Assembly: GCA_951406725.2 (NCBI GenBank)
Contig: OX597815.1
Span: 37,820,001 to 37,884,000, forward strand
Direction of reading: 5' to 3'
Length of the DNA stretch: 64,000 nt
Origin: Octopus vulgaris
Lineage: Eukaryota
Below the pieces are notes generated by a model, which saw only the letters and a list, made by a program, of their open reading frames with translations, did no database searches and had not been told where the DNA came from. Of the stretch, positions 26,487 through 41,746 are shown in pieces. The translations under genes and the position numbers were made by a program. Positions within the stretch are counted from its first letter, which is position 1. The number at the start of each line of letters is the position of its first letter.

Positions 26487-26528
26487 AATTCTTGAAAAGT
26501 CACATTGTGACGAAAACCGGTTTGAGTT
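26487..26528 (+). ncRNA. Minimal hammerhead-like motif, U3-A8 core variant
   Basis: AATTC TTGAAAA GTCAC ATT GTGAC GAAA ACCGGT TT GAGTT: perfect 5-bp stem II and palindromic stem III. Confidence 0.55.
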
Positions 26529-26672
26529 AATATATATATATTTTATTAATTTTTCAAAATTTTCCATACACCCATTTTCATTAAAATTTTCCTTAAATTT
26601 AGCATTCTGCCTTTTTATAATTTTTCTTGCCTATCATTTCTCCACTTGCGGTCAACATATGTATATATATAT

Positions 26673-26757
<85 letters not shown>

Positions 26758-27165
26758 TATATACATATATATATATATATTTATATGTATATATATATAT
26801 ATATATAATATTTGTCTTCAGCTCACTTAAACTTTGTACATATATATTATAGATATGTACTATATAAAGACAAACGTACATACATTCATGCATATACTTA
26901 TATATATATGTATATATATAATTAAGATAAATAACCTGTATTACGTAGTTCAATAGAGAAAGACATTATGTACACCATATAGAAAAAAAAATATACTATA
27001 ATAAATATTATTCAAAAAATCACTTAATGAAATAAATGTTTATTGAATTTCACTATTGAATTATTTAATATACGTTATTTCTCTTAATTATATACATATA
27101 CTATTTATATGATTTAGAATTGCTAAATTGAATTTTTCCTGTAAATTTGGAACTATATTCCCTAG

Positions 27166-27210
<45 letters not shown>

Positions 27211-27481
27211 TGTATGTATGTATGTATATAATCTTCCTTGTCTTCAGCTCACTTAAACTCTGTACGTATGTATTATAGGTACATATATAAATGATATTTA
27301 CACAAACCCGTCAATGCATACATACCTACATATATTGATACAAACTTGTATGCATACTTACATTTATAGCTGCATGTATCTATTTGCATATATATGTTTT
27401 TATGTATATGTGTTCTTGTGTGTGTGTAAATGAAACGAGTCCCCCTTTCTCAGGCTCACTCTCTCTATCCCTCTCCCTCTC

Positions 27482-27517
<36 letters not shown>

Positions 27518-28481
27518 CTGAGTAGATATATACACACATAGGAATTATATTTATATCTATACATACATATTTATATACATATGTGTATATATATATATAT
27601 ATATATATGAGTGTGAGTGTGTATATATAGGCGCCTGTAAACGCATGTATATAGTTTATATATGCATGTATAATATAGCACAAATTGGAATAGAGATGGA
27701 GACAAGAGAAATTGTAACTTCCTCTTGTAAGGAATTGAGGTTAACGAAGACAATTTCCATTATCTATGTTTTAAATAATAAAACGTTGGCGTGGGTGGGT
27801 CTTCCCTAAGGAAAACTCTTAAACAATATTGTTTTGATTGTGTTGAATATCATAAGTGTTCTCTTTAAATGCTATTATATTTGAACTTTCATGATCATGT
27901 TCTTGACTGGCTTCTATGTTATACTGATGCACTTTTTGAAATAACATTTTTATAACCCTCGGCATTACTTTTGGTTAATGTCACATAAAATTTGTATTCG
28001 CTTGTTAAATATCATATTTGATCACAGCTGTATAAAATATTTGATAGTGTAATGAAGTTGAGCGTTATTTAGTTCATTAGACGATGCTTTCTCGATTGGC
28101 GTTTAGGTCTTTCTACGCTTACCACTAGGGTTAATCGTTTCTGAAAATAATCGGTTTGTGTTTCCCAATTTTCCTTTCTTACACGTGAATCATTTCTTAG
28201 TCATTTAATTGTATATTCATCTAGCTATATATTATACCAGCAGACATACCCGGCGTTGCTCGGAATTAAAATGGTATAGTTTTTTTATTGTTTTATTTGT
28301 TTCAGACATGTTACTGCAGTCATGTTGGAGCACCGCAGTTGGTCGGACAAATCGATTACAGGATTTATTCTTTGAAAGTCTAGTACTTCTTCTAGCAGAA
28401 TCTTTTGACGAATCGCTAATTCATGAGAACGTAAACAGAGCAACATCGGTTGTCAAACAATGGTGGGGTTTCAAACGCACA

Positions 28482-28522
<41 letters not shown>

Positions 28523-28718
28523 ACATACACAAACACACAGACAAATATACACTTATATAAGTATATAGACTTATATATGTATATATACATATGTATACGC
28601 ACACACACACTCACACACAGTTGAAAGTTACATGAAAACAAAAGACGAAGACAGGTGTATAAACAACAAGCATGTATATATATATATATATATGCATGTA
28701 TGTATGTATGTATAAGTG

Positions 28719-28766
<48 letters not shown>

Positions 28767-28927
28767 TCAAATTACGATGAACGTAAACAAACAAACGAAG
28801 CTTGCTTTGGAAGCGTTGACATGTCTTAGAAAGTTAAAGAAGTGATTTAAAATTCTCAAACATAGGATAGCATTATCCAGCGTTTGAGAATTTAAAATCA
28901 CTTCTTTAACCATGATATATATATATA

Positions 28928-29000
<73 letters not shown>

Positions 29001-29037
29001 TATATACATACATATATGTATATACTTACAACTATTC

Positions 29038-29142
<105 letters not shown>

Positions 29143-29159
29143 TATGTGGGCATAGGACG

Positions 29160-30385
29160 TCATGTAATGTGTGCAGGAAAAAAGTACGAATAACGAGTAC
29201 ATGGAACACGAAGTATTCTTTTGAACAGCGAAAAACACAAATAGAAAACAAAACAAAACAACATAAAGAACGACACTTCATCAGTTGTTGGCTGTTTTTC
29301 TAGTCTCGCATTTCGAGCATTTAACAACAATAAACGTCTACTGGGGCAGAAACTTCTAAGGTCTTGTTTGTCTAGATATTCATTGTCATATGTCAGTCTA
29401 AGTAGGAGGCCCAGTTCCTTTGTGTTGACATTGCGGACCTCCACTTCGCTCTCGCTAATCATCCCCACACACTTCTCCACTGCAAAATCCTCGTCGATAG
29501 ATGGGTATAGGAATACAGCATCCATGCCACCCGCTACCACCAGAATTCAAAACGAACGACGAAACGAACATCTATGGGAGAATAGTAACTGGCCCAGATG
29601 AAAAGTTGGTATTTAAACATGTACAACAACAACAACAACAACAGGAGCGACAGCAATATTACGAACAGCAATAACCGCAGCAACAAGAACAACAACTACA
29701 CGAACGACAACAACAACCGTAACAACAAGAACAACATGAACGACAACAACAACACGAACAACTACAACCGCACCAACAGCAACAACAACAGCAGCAACAA
29801 CGGCAAAAACGAACACACGAACACACGAACACAAGCAACAGATACAAATACAAAAACAAAAACAGAGAAAAAGTCGAATACAACAACAACAACAACAACG
29901 GTAATAGGGGGAACGGGCACACAGACACACACAGATGGCATTAGGTACAAGGACACGAATAAAAGTAAGGTCATGGTTATCGTGGGGGAGAGTAAAGTTG
30001 AATGCAACACAATTCTTGGACAGTGAGTCAGCAGACTAGAAACAGAAAACACTGCTGCTAGGAACAGAAACAACAACCACAACCGGTTGCGGTGGAGAAG
30101 TGCTTAGAGATGATCAGCGAGAGCGAAGTGGAGTTCCGCAATGTCAACACAGAGGAACTGGTCCTCCTACTTAGACTGACATATGATAATGAATATCGAA
30201 ACAAGCATGACCTTAGAAGTTTCTTCCCCAGTAGACGTTTAAAAGGTAGACCAACCACAATTACGTCTATGGCTAGGAATACCCCTATAGAGAGATGGAG
30301 CGGATGGATCAGAGCCATGCGGACCCCACGCCGTAAACGAATATCAAGTAAAGAAAACAATCGCACATGCACTAGGAGCTAGTAT
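29160..30385. mobile_element. Penelope-like RT fragments in inverted arrangement around (AAC)n-rich spacer
   Basis: Minus ORF GMDAVFLYPSIDEDFAVEKCVGMISESEV... (PLE-type DxxxLYPSI motif) and plus ORF VEKCLEMISESEVEFRNVNTEEL.LLLRLTYDNEY are homologous. Confidence 0.65.
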
Positions 30386-30499
30386 AAAAGTTACCTAAAA
30401 GGGACCAGCAGGCAGACATAAGAACCAACACTAATGCCAACAACACATACCTCGACACTCGGTACAAGAACAACGAGAATATCACTAGCGATAATCAGA

Positions 30500-30519
30500 G
30501 ATAGTAATAGTGGTAGTGA

Positions 30520-30591
<72 letters not shown>

Positions 30592-30602
30592 CGATAGTAG
30601 TA

Positions 30603-30645
<43 letters not shown>

Positions 30646-30720
30646 CAGTGGCAGTGGTGGTGGTAGTAGTAGTAGTGGGGTTGATGATGGTAGCAGTAAT
30701 AGTGTTAGTGGTAGTGGTAG
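30500..30720. repeat. (AGT)n microsatellite
   Basis: Direct reading. Confidence 0.95.
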
Positions 30721-32149
30721 TGAGGAAGACAACACTAGAAGGGCCAACAACATGAATACCCACCCTCTTGACACTCAGTTCTTCAACATATGTGACAAAT
30801 CTTACAACACGAGCCATATTTACCCACCAACACTACCCTTTAACAAACGGGTCTGTGAACACATGGAAGCACAATTCACTATACGTCACAAGGGGCCAAA
30901 GGTTTGCCACAGTTGAAGTCAGATTTGACACAGAGGAACGAACAAAGTGTATTCCACAAAATTTTATTTCCGGGTGATAAAAATAGAATTTTAAAATGTC
31001 CCCACTGAGATAGAAGCACGATGGTTGGTGTCAGCCATCTGCTGTAATTACGAAGAGGTAATTAACATCTTAGAAATTGCCCTCCTAGAGAAGCAAAACT
31101 GAGTAGGACACGCATTTGAGCGCTGATCCAAGCGGATCAATAGATGATCGAAAATGACCCAGAACTAATTAAACTGTGGGACGGCAGCTCCTTACATGTG
31201 GCCGATGAAGGCGGAAGATCACTTTGTGGCTGAGAAACCCACCTAAAAACTGACTGACCAACAAAACAGGAGCAACAACAACACAACAAAAACAGCAACA
31301 ACAAGAATAACAACAAAAAGAAAACACTACCGGCAAACCAGCGCTGAGGAAACAGCTACACGAACAGATGAAACAGCTTCACAAAACAACCAACCAGCCC
31401 AACCAATCAACACAACCTACATCAGAAGTAACACCATCACCACCATGAACAACCACTGCTACAGAAGTACCAAACTCTGAAAAGAGGGAAAAAGACTAAC
31501 CCCACGTCCCCAACAACCCGTGCATCACACCCCAACAGCCACCAACCGACTCCAACAACAGCAATTACATCAACATTAACACACTCACAAATCGACCCCA
31601 ATACCTTACCCTCCCATTTTCTGATTTCTCCGACATATCGTCTGATGATGTCAACACGGTCGAATGGCAAATGGCCATAGGGGGAAGAAGGAAAAGGGGG
31701 GTAAGAACAACCACTCAAGCACACAATGCAGAGAGATACACCACTCCCAACAACAAAACTCCCACACATAACAACAACACCAGCATCTACACTACAAACA
31801 TACATACACCAACAATGCTAACCGCGATCAACAGAATCAATGTGTACCTAATGCAATACTGACACGTCCGCACACTGACATGGCAGAAAACAGCTTCAAA
31901 ATAAACAACCACCTATACACAACACCACTACAACACATAAAAATAGTACACACCAGGCAAAACACACACAAATGAATAAAACCTCTCTACCCTAAAGCAG
32001 TAGGGAGATTTCAAAAACCTTTGTCTAAGAAAAACTATACAAAAATCTCCTTACAGAAACTGAGGACGAAAATCCCCAACTTTCGAACAGTGACTCTCCC
32101 CCATTTTCTGTTTTCTTTTTGTGTCTGAAACACAACTTTCGTCAGGTCC

Positions 32150-34945
32150 ATGCTCAGGATAGGTAGTATAAATGTGAGTGGCTTGGGATCGACTTGGAAA
32201 CAAGGTTGCCTGCTAAACGACATCACGTCACAAAATGTAGATATCATAGCCATCAGCGAAACCAAACTCTCCAACTCGCTGACCCTCCTGAACATGTTCG
32301 GCAGACATTTCGATATTTATGTTTCCCCGTGTCTGCCGAGAATGAGCGGTGGAGGTACTGCGGTGCTCTTTCGAAAGACTCTGGATCAGAAAGTAAAGGC
32401 AATATTCCTAGACCAGGAGAGAAGGATTGTCGTCTTGGATGTCGATAACAGTAACGAGTGTGCTTTCCGACTAATAACAGTTCCCTGGGAACGTCCCGAC
32501 CTTTACTTTAGTGAGGGGTTGGAATGCTACATTGGACAAACATTTAGACTATGTAGGTAGAGATACGAAGAGAAGGGGTTGCAAATGCCTCATAGTGCTG
32601 CTCAGACGTTTCCAAATGTCTGACAGCTACCGACTGGACTACCCGTATGTGCCAATGTGGACATGGACTAACCGCATCGCGTCGTCCAAATAGTTTTTAG
32701 ATAGAGTATTCTGTAGGACAGTGGATAGGGATAGTGTAGGTTGTCCACAGTTTCACATAGTCAGCTACACCGATCACAAATTCGCTTTGTTATCGCTTCA
32801 TATTCTTTTAGTGCCTTGCCGACCGGGTAAATATGTCTGAGGGTTCCATTTACTTGAAGCTGAACGCGTCGTTCCCGGAGCGACAGGCTTACAGAGACCG
32901 GGAATAGCACATTAGTTAAGAGGGCAGTAACGGGCGCTATTGTCAGTTATAAATGGTGGTTTGCCCTAAAGAGGGCAATCAAAGCAGAATCGGTTATGTA
33001 TAGCAAGGTTTTAGCGATAGATCGAAATAGAATAGAGGGAGACCTAGTGAAGAAATTATAAGAGGCACTTAGATGTGGTATCGCGTCCAACGTGCTGGAG
33101 GCGAGGTTGGCCCTTGACCAACACTTCAACGCCAAGCACGAAAGTTGCGTTGTCAGAGCTAAGATGCGTGCACTGAGAAACGAATGAATTGCACCCCCCT
33201 CCCCGAGAGGCCCAGGTGGCGAAGGCACAACAAGGCAACAAAGTCACCATTCGATCTTTTATGAATGAACAGGGGCGGGAATTGCTCGAGCCCGAAAGAA
33301 TGTGTGAGGTCTTACAGCAAGACATTGCTCGACTGTTCGGGACAACTGGTGGGTCAAAACACAGGGTAATGCCTATCTGCATGGCCTACCATGACTCTCG
33401 GCAAGAGAGGCAGAGTGTTGTGAAAGTTCCATTACGGCCGCTGATGTACGGAATGCGATCGTAGGCTGCGCGAGAGACAAGTCACTGGGCTTGAATGGTC
33501 TGTCCTATGAACTTTTATTGTCATATGTAAGACTTGTTTCGAGATGTCTTGGCAGCAGTCTATTGCAACTGGCAGCAAACCGGGGGTATCCCTAGTTTTG
33601 TGAGTCGAGGTGCGGTGACACTGCAAAAGAAAGATTCAAAGAAGTGGAACGTTATAGATAATTTCCAGCCCACCACTCTGCTCAACGCAGATTTGAAAAT
33701 TTTGGCCAAGGTGCTAGCCGAGAGGTTGGCGCTTGTCATTGAAAAACTGGTCGACAAGGCGGAAACATGCACCGTGCCGGGAAATATATCCATGACAACC
33801 TCCATCTCATGTCCTACATCATAGACAGGGTAGTTAAGGAACCTGGCATGGGTGGGATGCTGATCAAAAGCTGGATCAATTTGGATTAATCAAAAGGCTG
33901 GTTTCGAGCCAGTCTTCCGTGGTTGGATCGCTGCTTTATACAGCATCACTCCGTCGGTAGTTCGCGTAAATGGTCATCTATATAGACCATTTAACATCAC
34001 GCGTTCTGTCCGTCAAGGATGCCTCCTTTCGTCATGTTTTGACTCTATTGACTGCATGCATTGACTCTAGAGCCACTACTGCAGGAGCTGGCGACGCTGA
34101 GGGCCATCCTGCGAGAACTGGGATGCGAGAGAAGCGTGTCTGCATACGCAGACGATGCCACCATCACAGTGTCGATCCACAGACATATTTACCCGGTTGG
34201 CAAGACACGAAAAGAATACGAAGCGATAACAAAGCGAAAATTAACCCGGAAAAGGTAGTGGTGTTGCGACTCGGTACCTGGAGAAGCAAGCCCACGCAGT
34301 CCAACAGCGTCTCCATCGTGAAACTTTGGACCGACTGACCGGTTGAATTGCTGAATGTCTCGTTTGGTCCAGATCTCCAAATGAAGAAGAACTGGGACGA
34401 AATAACGAGTAGGGTGGCCACTCTCACCCAGCAACTGACCGAGATAAAGCTATCTCTAAAAGGTCGGAAGTGGTGGTATTGCGTACATCGCATCCATCAT
34501 TAACTACCATCAGGCCGTCATGCCTCGTCCTGACCCTGCATTCACGAAACTGAAACGCATATTCTTCCGCTTTTTGTGGGAGGGAGGCGTTCCGATGGTC
34601 AAGTGATCTATTTGCTGCTGCAAACAACCGCTAAATGGAGGACACGGTATACCGTAGTTGATGATGCGCAGACATGCACTGATACAGCGTCCTCTCCAGC
34701 GTTTCATGGATCAAGCAGAGACCGGGGCTTCGCGAAGGGTACATCGCGTGTCGCCATGTTCTCCAGTAACTCTGCTGTCCGGGATCAAACTTGTGCGTTC
34801 AATTCCACGAAGGCGTTCCATAGAGGATTAGTGGAGGGGTGGTGTGACGACGTTCTTGGGGAGACTCAAGGCGTCGACGAGGAGTACTTAACCCGCCTCT
34901 TCAGGACTACTTTTGGGCCAGGACCTATGGATAATTTGCACTGAA
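32150..34945 (+). mobile_element. L1/Tx1-like LINE ORF2 pseudogene (AP endonuclease plus RT)
   Basis: SINVSGL, DIIAISET and GGGTAVLF (APE); NFQPTTLLNADLKILAK, SVRQGC and SAYADD (RT); many frameshifts and stops. Confidence 0.9.
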
Positions 34946-35159
34946 GCATTGCCCCCTCGACCCCTTTTGATCGTTTTTGAAAAGAAAAATTCTGCATTGT
35001 ATTGTCCCCTCTGTGTTCGGACGATCGGGGACCACCCACCCTCCCATGCATGCATGCATGTGTCGATTTGTTGCTCTATTTACTTATCTGTATGTCCAGC
35101 TAAATTTTTATTTGTTTCCATGTTTCTGTGATTGGTTTATTGATCTATTTATGTATATA

Positions 35160-35378
35160 TCCTTTTCTACTCTAGGCACAAACCCCGAGATTTTTGGGGA
35201 GGTGGTGGGTAATCAAGTAGATCGACCCCAGTACGCAACTGGTATTTAATTTATCGACTCCGAAAGGATGAAAGGCAAAGTCGATATCGGCGGAATTTGA
35301 ACTCACAACATAAAGTTAGACGAAATACCGCTAAGAATTTCGCTCGGCGTGCTAACATTTCTGCCAGCTCGCCGCCTT
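35160..35378 (-). mobile_element. tRNA-derived SINE (family of 17858)
   Basis: Reverse complement begins AAGGCGGCGAGCTGGCAGAAATGTTAGCACGCCG...GAGTTCAAATTCCGCCG. Confidence 0.8.
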
Positions 35379-36915
35379 CGTTTGTGTATATATCGATGCA
35401 TTTATATACCAACTTAACGGAAACTAAATTACGAAAGTTTATAGCAAAGAAACCAGCGAAAGGAATTCAGTTACTTACATAAGAAACCGCAAAATTTTTA
35501 TTGAGTAATGTCATAAGAATATTGTGAAAGAAGTGTAATTCAATAAAATATGAACTACTCCTATGTATGTAGCAATAAATAAAATAGAAGCAATACGTAT
35601 ATCTAAGGCACATCCTATAGTTATGATAAATCGATAAACTGTTGCAAACAATTTCCCAACGATATCGCAAATTCTCAAATTAGGAATAACTTTTCCAGCA
35701 TGCGAGGAATGTACCAATTTATTAAAACTTCTGAATCTATATATTTTATCATATGATTTTAAGGTATTATTCAAATTGCATTACCATGCCAAGAATCACA
35801 ATGACTGATATAGGAGGCCGGTGAGAAAAGGTAAAAAAATTGGTGGCTAGTAATCTTTTTCATTGATACATTTGTACTCAATAAAAAAATAAAATTTACG
35901 AGTAAAGTTTAACTGCAAGTATGAATCAAATGGTAGGAAAATTTCACTGCATGAAGAATTTGAAAATTTCACTGCATGAAGAATCTGAAACACTGTCAAA
36001 TTGATATATATTAGATTATTTTTCTATTTTGTTTAGCTTCAGTAGTTACGGTGAATTTGATTCAACTAAAAGCATGTGGGGAAGTAGCAAACAAGTAAAC
36101 CTGAGAAGTGATATTAAGTGCTTGGAGTTATATACGAGATGAATAGCAGAATGAATAAATAAACGAATGAATACATTTCTAAGATATAGGTATGTTGTTT
36201 TGTTAAAAGTGCAAATATGTTATAGTTGTTTTCTATTATCTCATTTTATGCAAGCATTCATATATTCTGAGAGATATTGATTAATGCTTGGATCTGCCCA
36301 AAATAATCCTCAGTTGTACTCGCTCTTTTCTTCTAAAAAATAGCAAAATTATCAAAGTTAAATGTTATCGCCTAGTAGACAGTCAGGCCATCTTACAGGA
36401 CAGGCATATTTTTTATGACTGGTTTATAGATGGAAGCTAACTACGACGACATTTTACCTCAGGCTTCCCTAGAGATAGTTAGAGGAAAACAAAGACGAAA
36501 TCATAAATCATGAGTTATGCTTAAACTGGAATCCTTGTCCAAATGCTCGCAACAAAGTGGAATTTGTTAAAGGTACCAAAGAACCACTGAGCAGCTCTAG
36601 TATAAACGGGCTACGATTTCGGTCTACTAATCAAAAAGAAATACAATTCATTCAATGCCTTCCAGGCAAATTATATTTAATTCAATGCTATCATAAATTG
36701 AGGTATAAGTATGGTAAAAGCACTTTCCCAATGTGCTACACATTAACATGCACACAAAATTATGCGATGGATTGCAATCGAGCTTTTTAACCTACGCTTG
36801 CCTCAAAAAGCCCTTTGGTAATTGTTGCACGACTAGTTGCAAGATCATCATATCCAACCAATAATAAATAACGCGTTGTCATGTGGTCGCTGCGTAGCAA
36901 CTATTATAAAATACA

Positions 36916-36991
<76 letters not shown>

Positions 36992-37056
36992 TAGATATAT
37001 ATAGATATATATATATATATAAATATATATATATACACATATATAGATATATGTAC

Positions 37057-37127
<71 letters not shown>

Positions 37128-39319
37128 TAGCTAGATAGCTAGATAGATAGATACATAGACAGGCAGACAGATAGATAGACAGATAGATGGATGACATCCG
37201 TGATATTCAATTCATATCTACATATTAATGCAAGGAATATTAGAGAAACAATACCATCAAAACATGTGGCAAGTGCAAACATAACCGATCTCCAGTTGTA
37301 AGGAAAATTTTCTAATAGAAGTGTGCAGCATCCACTGCCATATTGTGAAGAAATACGCAAGAAAAACCCTGTTTAGCATATAAGATGGAAATATATTAGT
37401 TTCACAGTGTTCTATCTTAGGATAGAAATATATTAGTTTTCTGATATCAACAGGTAATATATGAATGGAGAAATACGTGATAGGAGATAAACCTAGATTT
37501 GACAGGTATTCAAGTACTGTATCTATGACTTTGGAAGAGTACGGGATAAATAGGCTCACACTGTATGTATATAGAAATCGTAGGAAATAATATAATGAAA
37601 GACAGAATTGAGCACTACAATAAATACTTCAAATGTTTAGATATTTTACTCGATCCTAAAGTAACTGGACGGAATATTCATAATGGAAACTTATTGGAGA
37701 TGAAATTATTGCAATTTAGGAGAGGTCATTTACATTAAGATGGCAAGATGAATAACCCTTCAATATACGCGTATGGAAATTCTTTCTTTCCCCTAAAGAC
37801 AAACTTGAAGTTTCCAGACATTTTCAAATCAATAAAAGTTGCAGGAAAAAGTATAAATAATTTCAAATATTCTTCATTTAATAATAGAAAGCTAAATAAA
37901 TTTAACAGACAAATTATTGTCATCAAATTTCATGCGGAGAACATTAAAAGTCTAATTGAAAGTAATTATGCTGTGCGGAAAAGACAATATTAATAAATCG
38001 CTAAAAGTATTTTAATTATATCGGCAAATATGGAAGACATTACGGGACATGCATTGGTCAATTTTAGACCACTCTATTTGTCAACAGAGTATCACTAAGT
38101 AGATGAAATTTTTTTACACAAGCATCTATGAGAATAGCATATTTTTGAGAATAAATTACTGAGAGAAAGTATTCAGGTTGAAGAATCGGTGTTATCATAT
38201 GCAAGCAAGTGTCTTAAGTAGTTAGAGTGTTGGCCTCACAATCGTACGGTTGTAGTTTCGATTGTTGGCCAGAGTGATGTGTCGTACCTTTTGAAAAAAA
38301 GCACTGAATTTCATATTTCGCTAGCTTACTCAACTGAAAATGTTTGAAATCATTTGTTTGTGCTGTTCTCTATTTCTTTAGCTGATGCATCCTTCATATA
38401 TTGCTGTGACGAGGATGAAACAGCCGAGAGGCTATTTAGGGAAAGCGTTGTACATGCTACGAGGTCATAATCGTTAGACGATGATGTCTCAGGTAAGAAC
38501 GAATGCAATGAGATTTAAACGAGTAAATTATTTTAATGATTGCGTCAACTAAAGGAGTAAAAATTCCAGTAAAGTTTGCTACTCGAAATAATAATGATAC
38601 ATAATACTATAAACGTGAAACTTTGAAACCCAGCATATTTCAGAGGTTAAATTAGTGGGTTATCATGGCCACTACCCATGTATGAAAGAGTAATAAAGTT
38701 AGTTATTACAGTGAGCTTTAAAATACTAATTGAAACTTATCATGAGCTGAAGAAATTACCATTTTACTTAATGATTAAAATTATTTTAATTATTAAACAA
38801 GTACAAATTTACACCTTTGTTAGCGAAATTCTTAAAATAATGTAAGTTGTAAATAAATATTTTATTTCGTCTCACCACAGTTGTTTTAAAGTTATGGCAT
38901 TAAACATAACAATATTGACTTTACTATTTCTTTATGCTGATGGTATTCCTTATAATGTCTCTCAGTAAGATATTTATTTTCTGTATATAATTTAGATTAA
39001 ACAAAATATGTGAAATTATCACCAACACTTTTATTAGTTTATGTATTGTTTCGTTCTATATACTTTATTCTGTTATGAATTTGTAAATATATGCTCTTAC
39101 ATCCATTTATCTATTGTCATCACTTTGCTCAAATTGACTAACAAAAAGAGTCTTATACATCTTCCAATAACAATAGGCGTCGTTAGGGTCTCATGACTGC
39201 TTCACCAATAAGCGCTGCCACCATTGAGCACACATATTTTTTTCCGTATATGTTAAATTCTGAGTAATGTACTTAGATACATAGATACATTCACAAAAAC
39301 ACATATATTCATAATTATT

Positions 39320-39518
39320 GTTTGCAAAATTTGGTTGAAAGTCAGCAATATCGGGGGAGGGTGTAAGTCCATCGCATAGACCTCAGTGCTGAAGTGTTAT
39401 TTATTTTATCGACTCCGAAAAATGAATGGTAACGTTTTTATTTCATAACGCAAAGAACGACTAAATGCATCTAATTATTGTGTTCGGTGTGCTAATGATT
39501 CGACTAACTCACCGCCTT
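39320..39518 (-). mobile_element. Diverged SINE (family of 17858)
   Basis: TTTATCGACTCCGAAA...GTGCTAATGATTC...CTCACCGCCTT matches the 35160 copy. Confidence 0.6.
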
Positions 39519-39542
39519 CTATATGTTTATAATTATTAAATA

Positions 39543-40113
39543 CTAGTTTAAAAACCGCACTCCGTGCGAACGTCTGAGCTGTCTCCTGCCGAAGGTTAAT
39601 TGGGCCGCCGGCTGAAAATTAATAGAGCTAAATAGCATGACTATGATACGTCTATAATGACCATATACTCCGGTGGTGTTTGATTAGAGGTTAAGATGAC
39701 AGGGTAAAGTGAAAGGTTAAGATGAGAGGTTAAGATGAGAATTAATTTTGTAATACAATCATGCAGTCCTAAGTTGAATTCCAACTATTGGCCAATTTGT
39801 CCCAAAGTTCTTATCGCGATGTAAATTTAACGAAGGAAGTGTCATTTATTTCCCTCTTGATCTCTGTCGTCATTTGACAAATACCAACCAAGATGGCGTG
39901 GGTCAGCAAAAGTTTACCTTCTAAAAACAGCAGCCCAAATGCTTTTAAATCATATCTCAATGCTGGATGTTCAAGAAACAAATGAAGGATATATTCTCAA
40001 ACGTGGGACCATCCTGATTCCAAAAGCGTATAATATGTCTACTTAGAGAAAATGCAGCCTGAGATACAGAGGTTTCAGACGGAAAAGCAGAATTTTGATG
40101 TTATTATTATAGA
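39543..40113 (-). mobile_element. Probable non-autonomous Helitron
   Basis: A|CTAG with adjacent hairpin CGCACTCCGTGCG at left; TATTATTATAGA|T (5' TC end on minus strand) at right. Confidence 0.6.
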
Positions 40114-40580
40114 TATACAAAGTTGACAACCGTACCTTTCACCTTCTACTTATTTCAGTCATTAAACCTCAGCCATGTTAGAGCACCGCCTTCAAGAATC
40201 GACCAAAGTTCTGATTTTCTTAGAGCCTGGTGCTTATTCTGTCAGTCTCTTTTGATGTACCTGCCGAGATATAGAAAATAATTTATGAATGAATATTGTA
40301 TTTTCATCGCCGCATGTTTCTACTTTTTAAGCTCATGGCATCAAACATAATAACTCTCATTTGACTATCTACATTTATGTAAATAACGGGCATAATAATT
40401 TGCCTTAGAAATTTATTCTCTAATTATAATTTACATTCAAATACGATAAAGTTTTATTTATTTTATTTATTTTTCTCCTTTTTGTTTATAGGCATACTAA
40501 TTTAAATCGGGAAAAGCGCACACACTATTATCGTTCACTTTTTCAAAATATACGTATATTGTTCAAATTCATGTATGTAT

Positions 40581-40634
<54 letters not shown>

Positions 40635-40793
40635 AAACTAGGAAAAAACACCTTTTATCAATTCAAAATGAACAATTAAATTGTACCATCTAGAAAATTA
40701 TATATAATAGAAATATTAAAAATAAATAACAATAATATACCACTGATTAAGTAAATTGCAAAATTATGATAAAAACGTATATATTTGGTAAAA

Positions 40794-40829
<36 letters not shown>

Positions 40830-41462
40830 TGTATGTATGTATGTATGTATGTATGTATATGTATATCTCCACGTTCTTAACTTATTTTCTTTCACTGAAA
40901 AACAAGAAGTTCTTCTTTTTGATACTATTGTTATTTTTTCGTCTCTCCGTGTTTTTTCCGATGCGTCGAGATAACTCCCCTTCCTGTCAAGCGTTAAACT
41001 GTACGTGTTTATTAATTTCGTAAGATATATGGTGTCAAAGTATTTCCAAACCCACAGGCTGCAACTAATAAAAGAATATATACACATTGTCAATTTATCA
41101 AGTTTAACCTCAGGTGAAATTTTTACCACTGCATAATATATGTCCATATTCGTTAAACTCTCGTGACGCATAACAGATGCACGCACACACATTCCAAATT
41201 CTAAATCATATTACAAGCAGTCACCGATATCCATATTTACGAATGTCAGAAAGGGTGGAATGGATTGAATCACTTGGATAACCTCATATATAATGCACCA
41301 ATGCCAGTGCTTGGCCAAGTGAGAGATATCTTTTCGAGGTTAATCTGACACGTGTGTTACAACATCTGTGCAAAATCGCTGAGGAAATGTGTATAGATTC
41401 AGCTTGTGATTACCCTACATATGATGAAAGACAATAAAACTTGCAATAAAGATAAATATACA

Positions 41463-41529
<67 letters not shown>

Positions 41530-41746
41530 ATACATACACTCACACACACATACACACAGACACACAGACACACACATATATATATTTGTGTGTCTTTGTG
41601 CATGTGTGAGTGTGTGTTTGTGTGTTTAATTGGTCAAGATTCAAGAGTTTCAAACTGCTTCAATATTTGGAAATCTGCATCTATCTATCTACATACATAC
41701 ACAAATATATGCACACACACATATAGACGCACATTATATATATATA

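Noticed and set aside
29598-30916. Poly-Asn, poly-Ser, poly-Thr and poly-Val ORFs
   Set aside because: (AAC)n and (AGT)n repeats open in several frames; no domain evidence
31195-31245. CCGATGA...GAAA hammerhead-like string
   Set aside because: Core mutated; stem III and cleavage triplet cannot be formed
35938-35990. 25 bp tandem duplication (similar short duplications at 23800-23900 and 26172-26240)
   Set aside because: Ordinary local slippage duplications with no further signal
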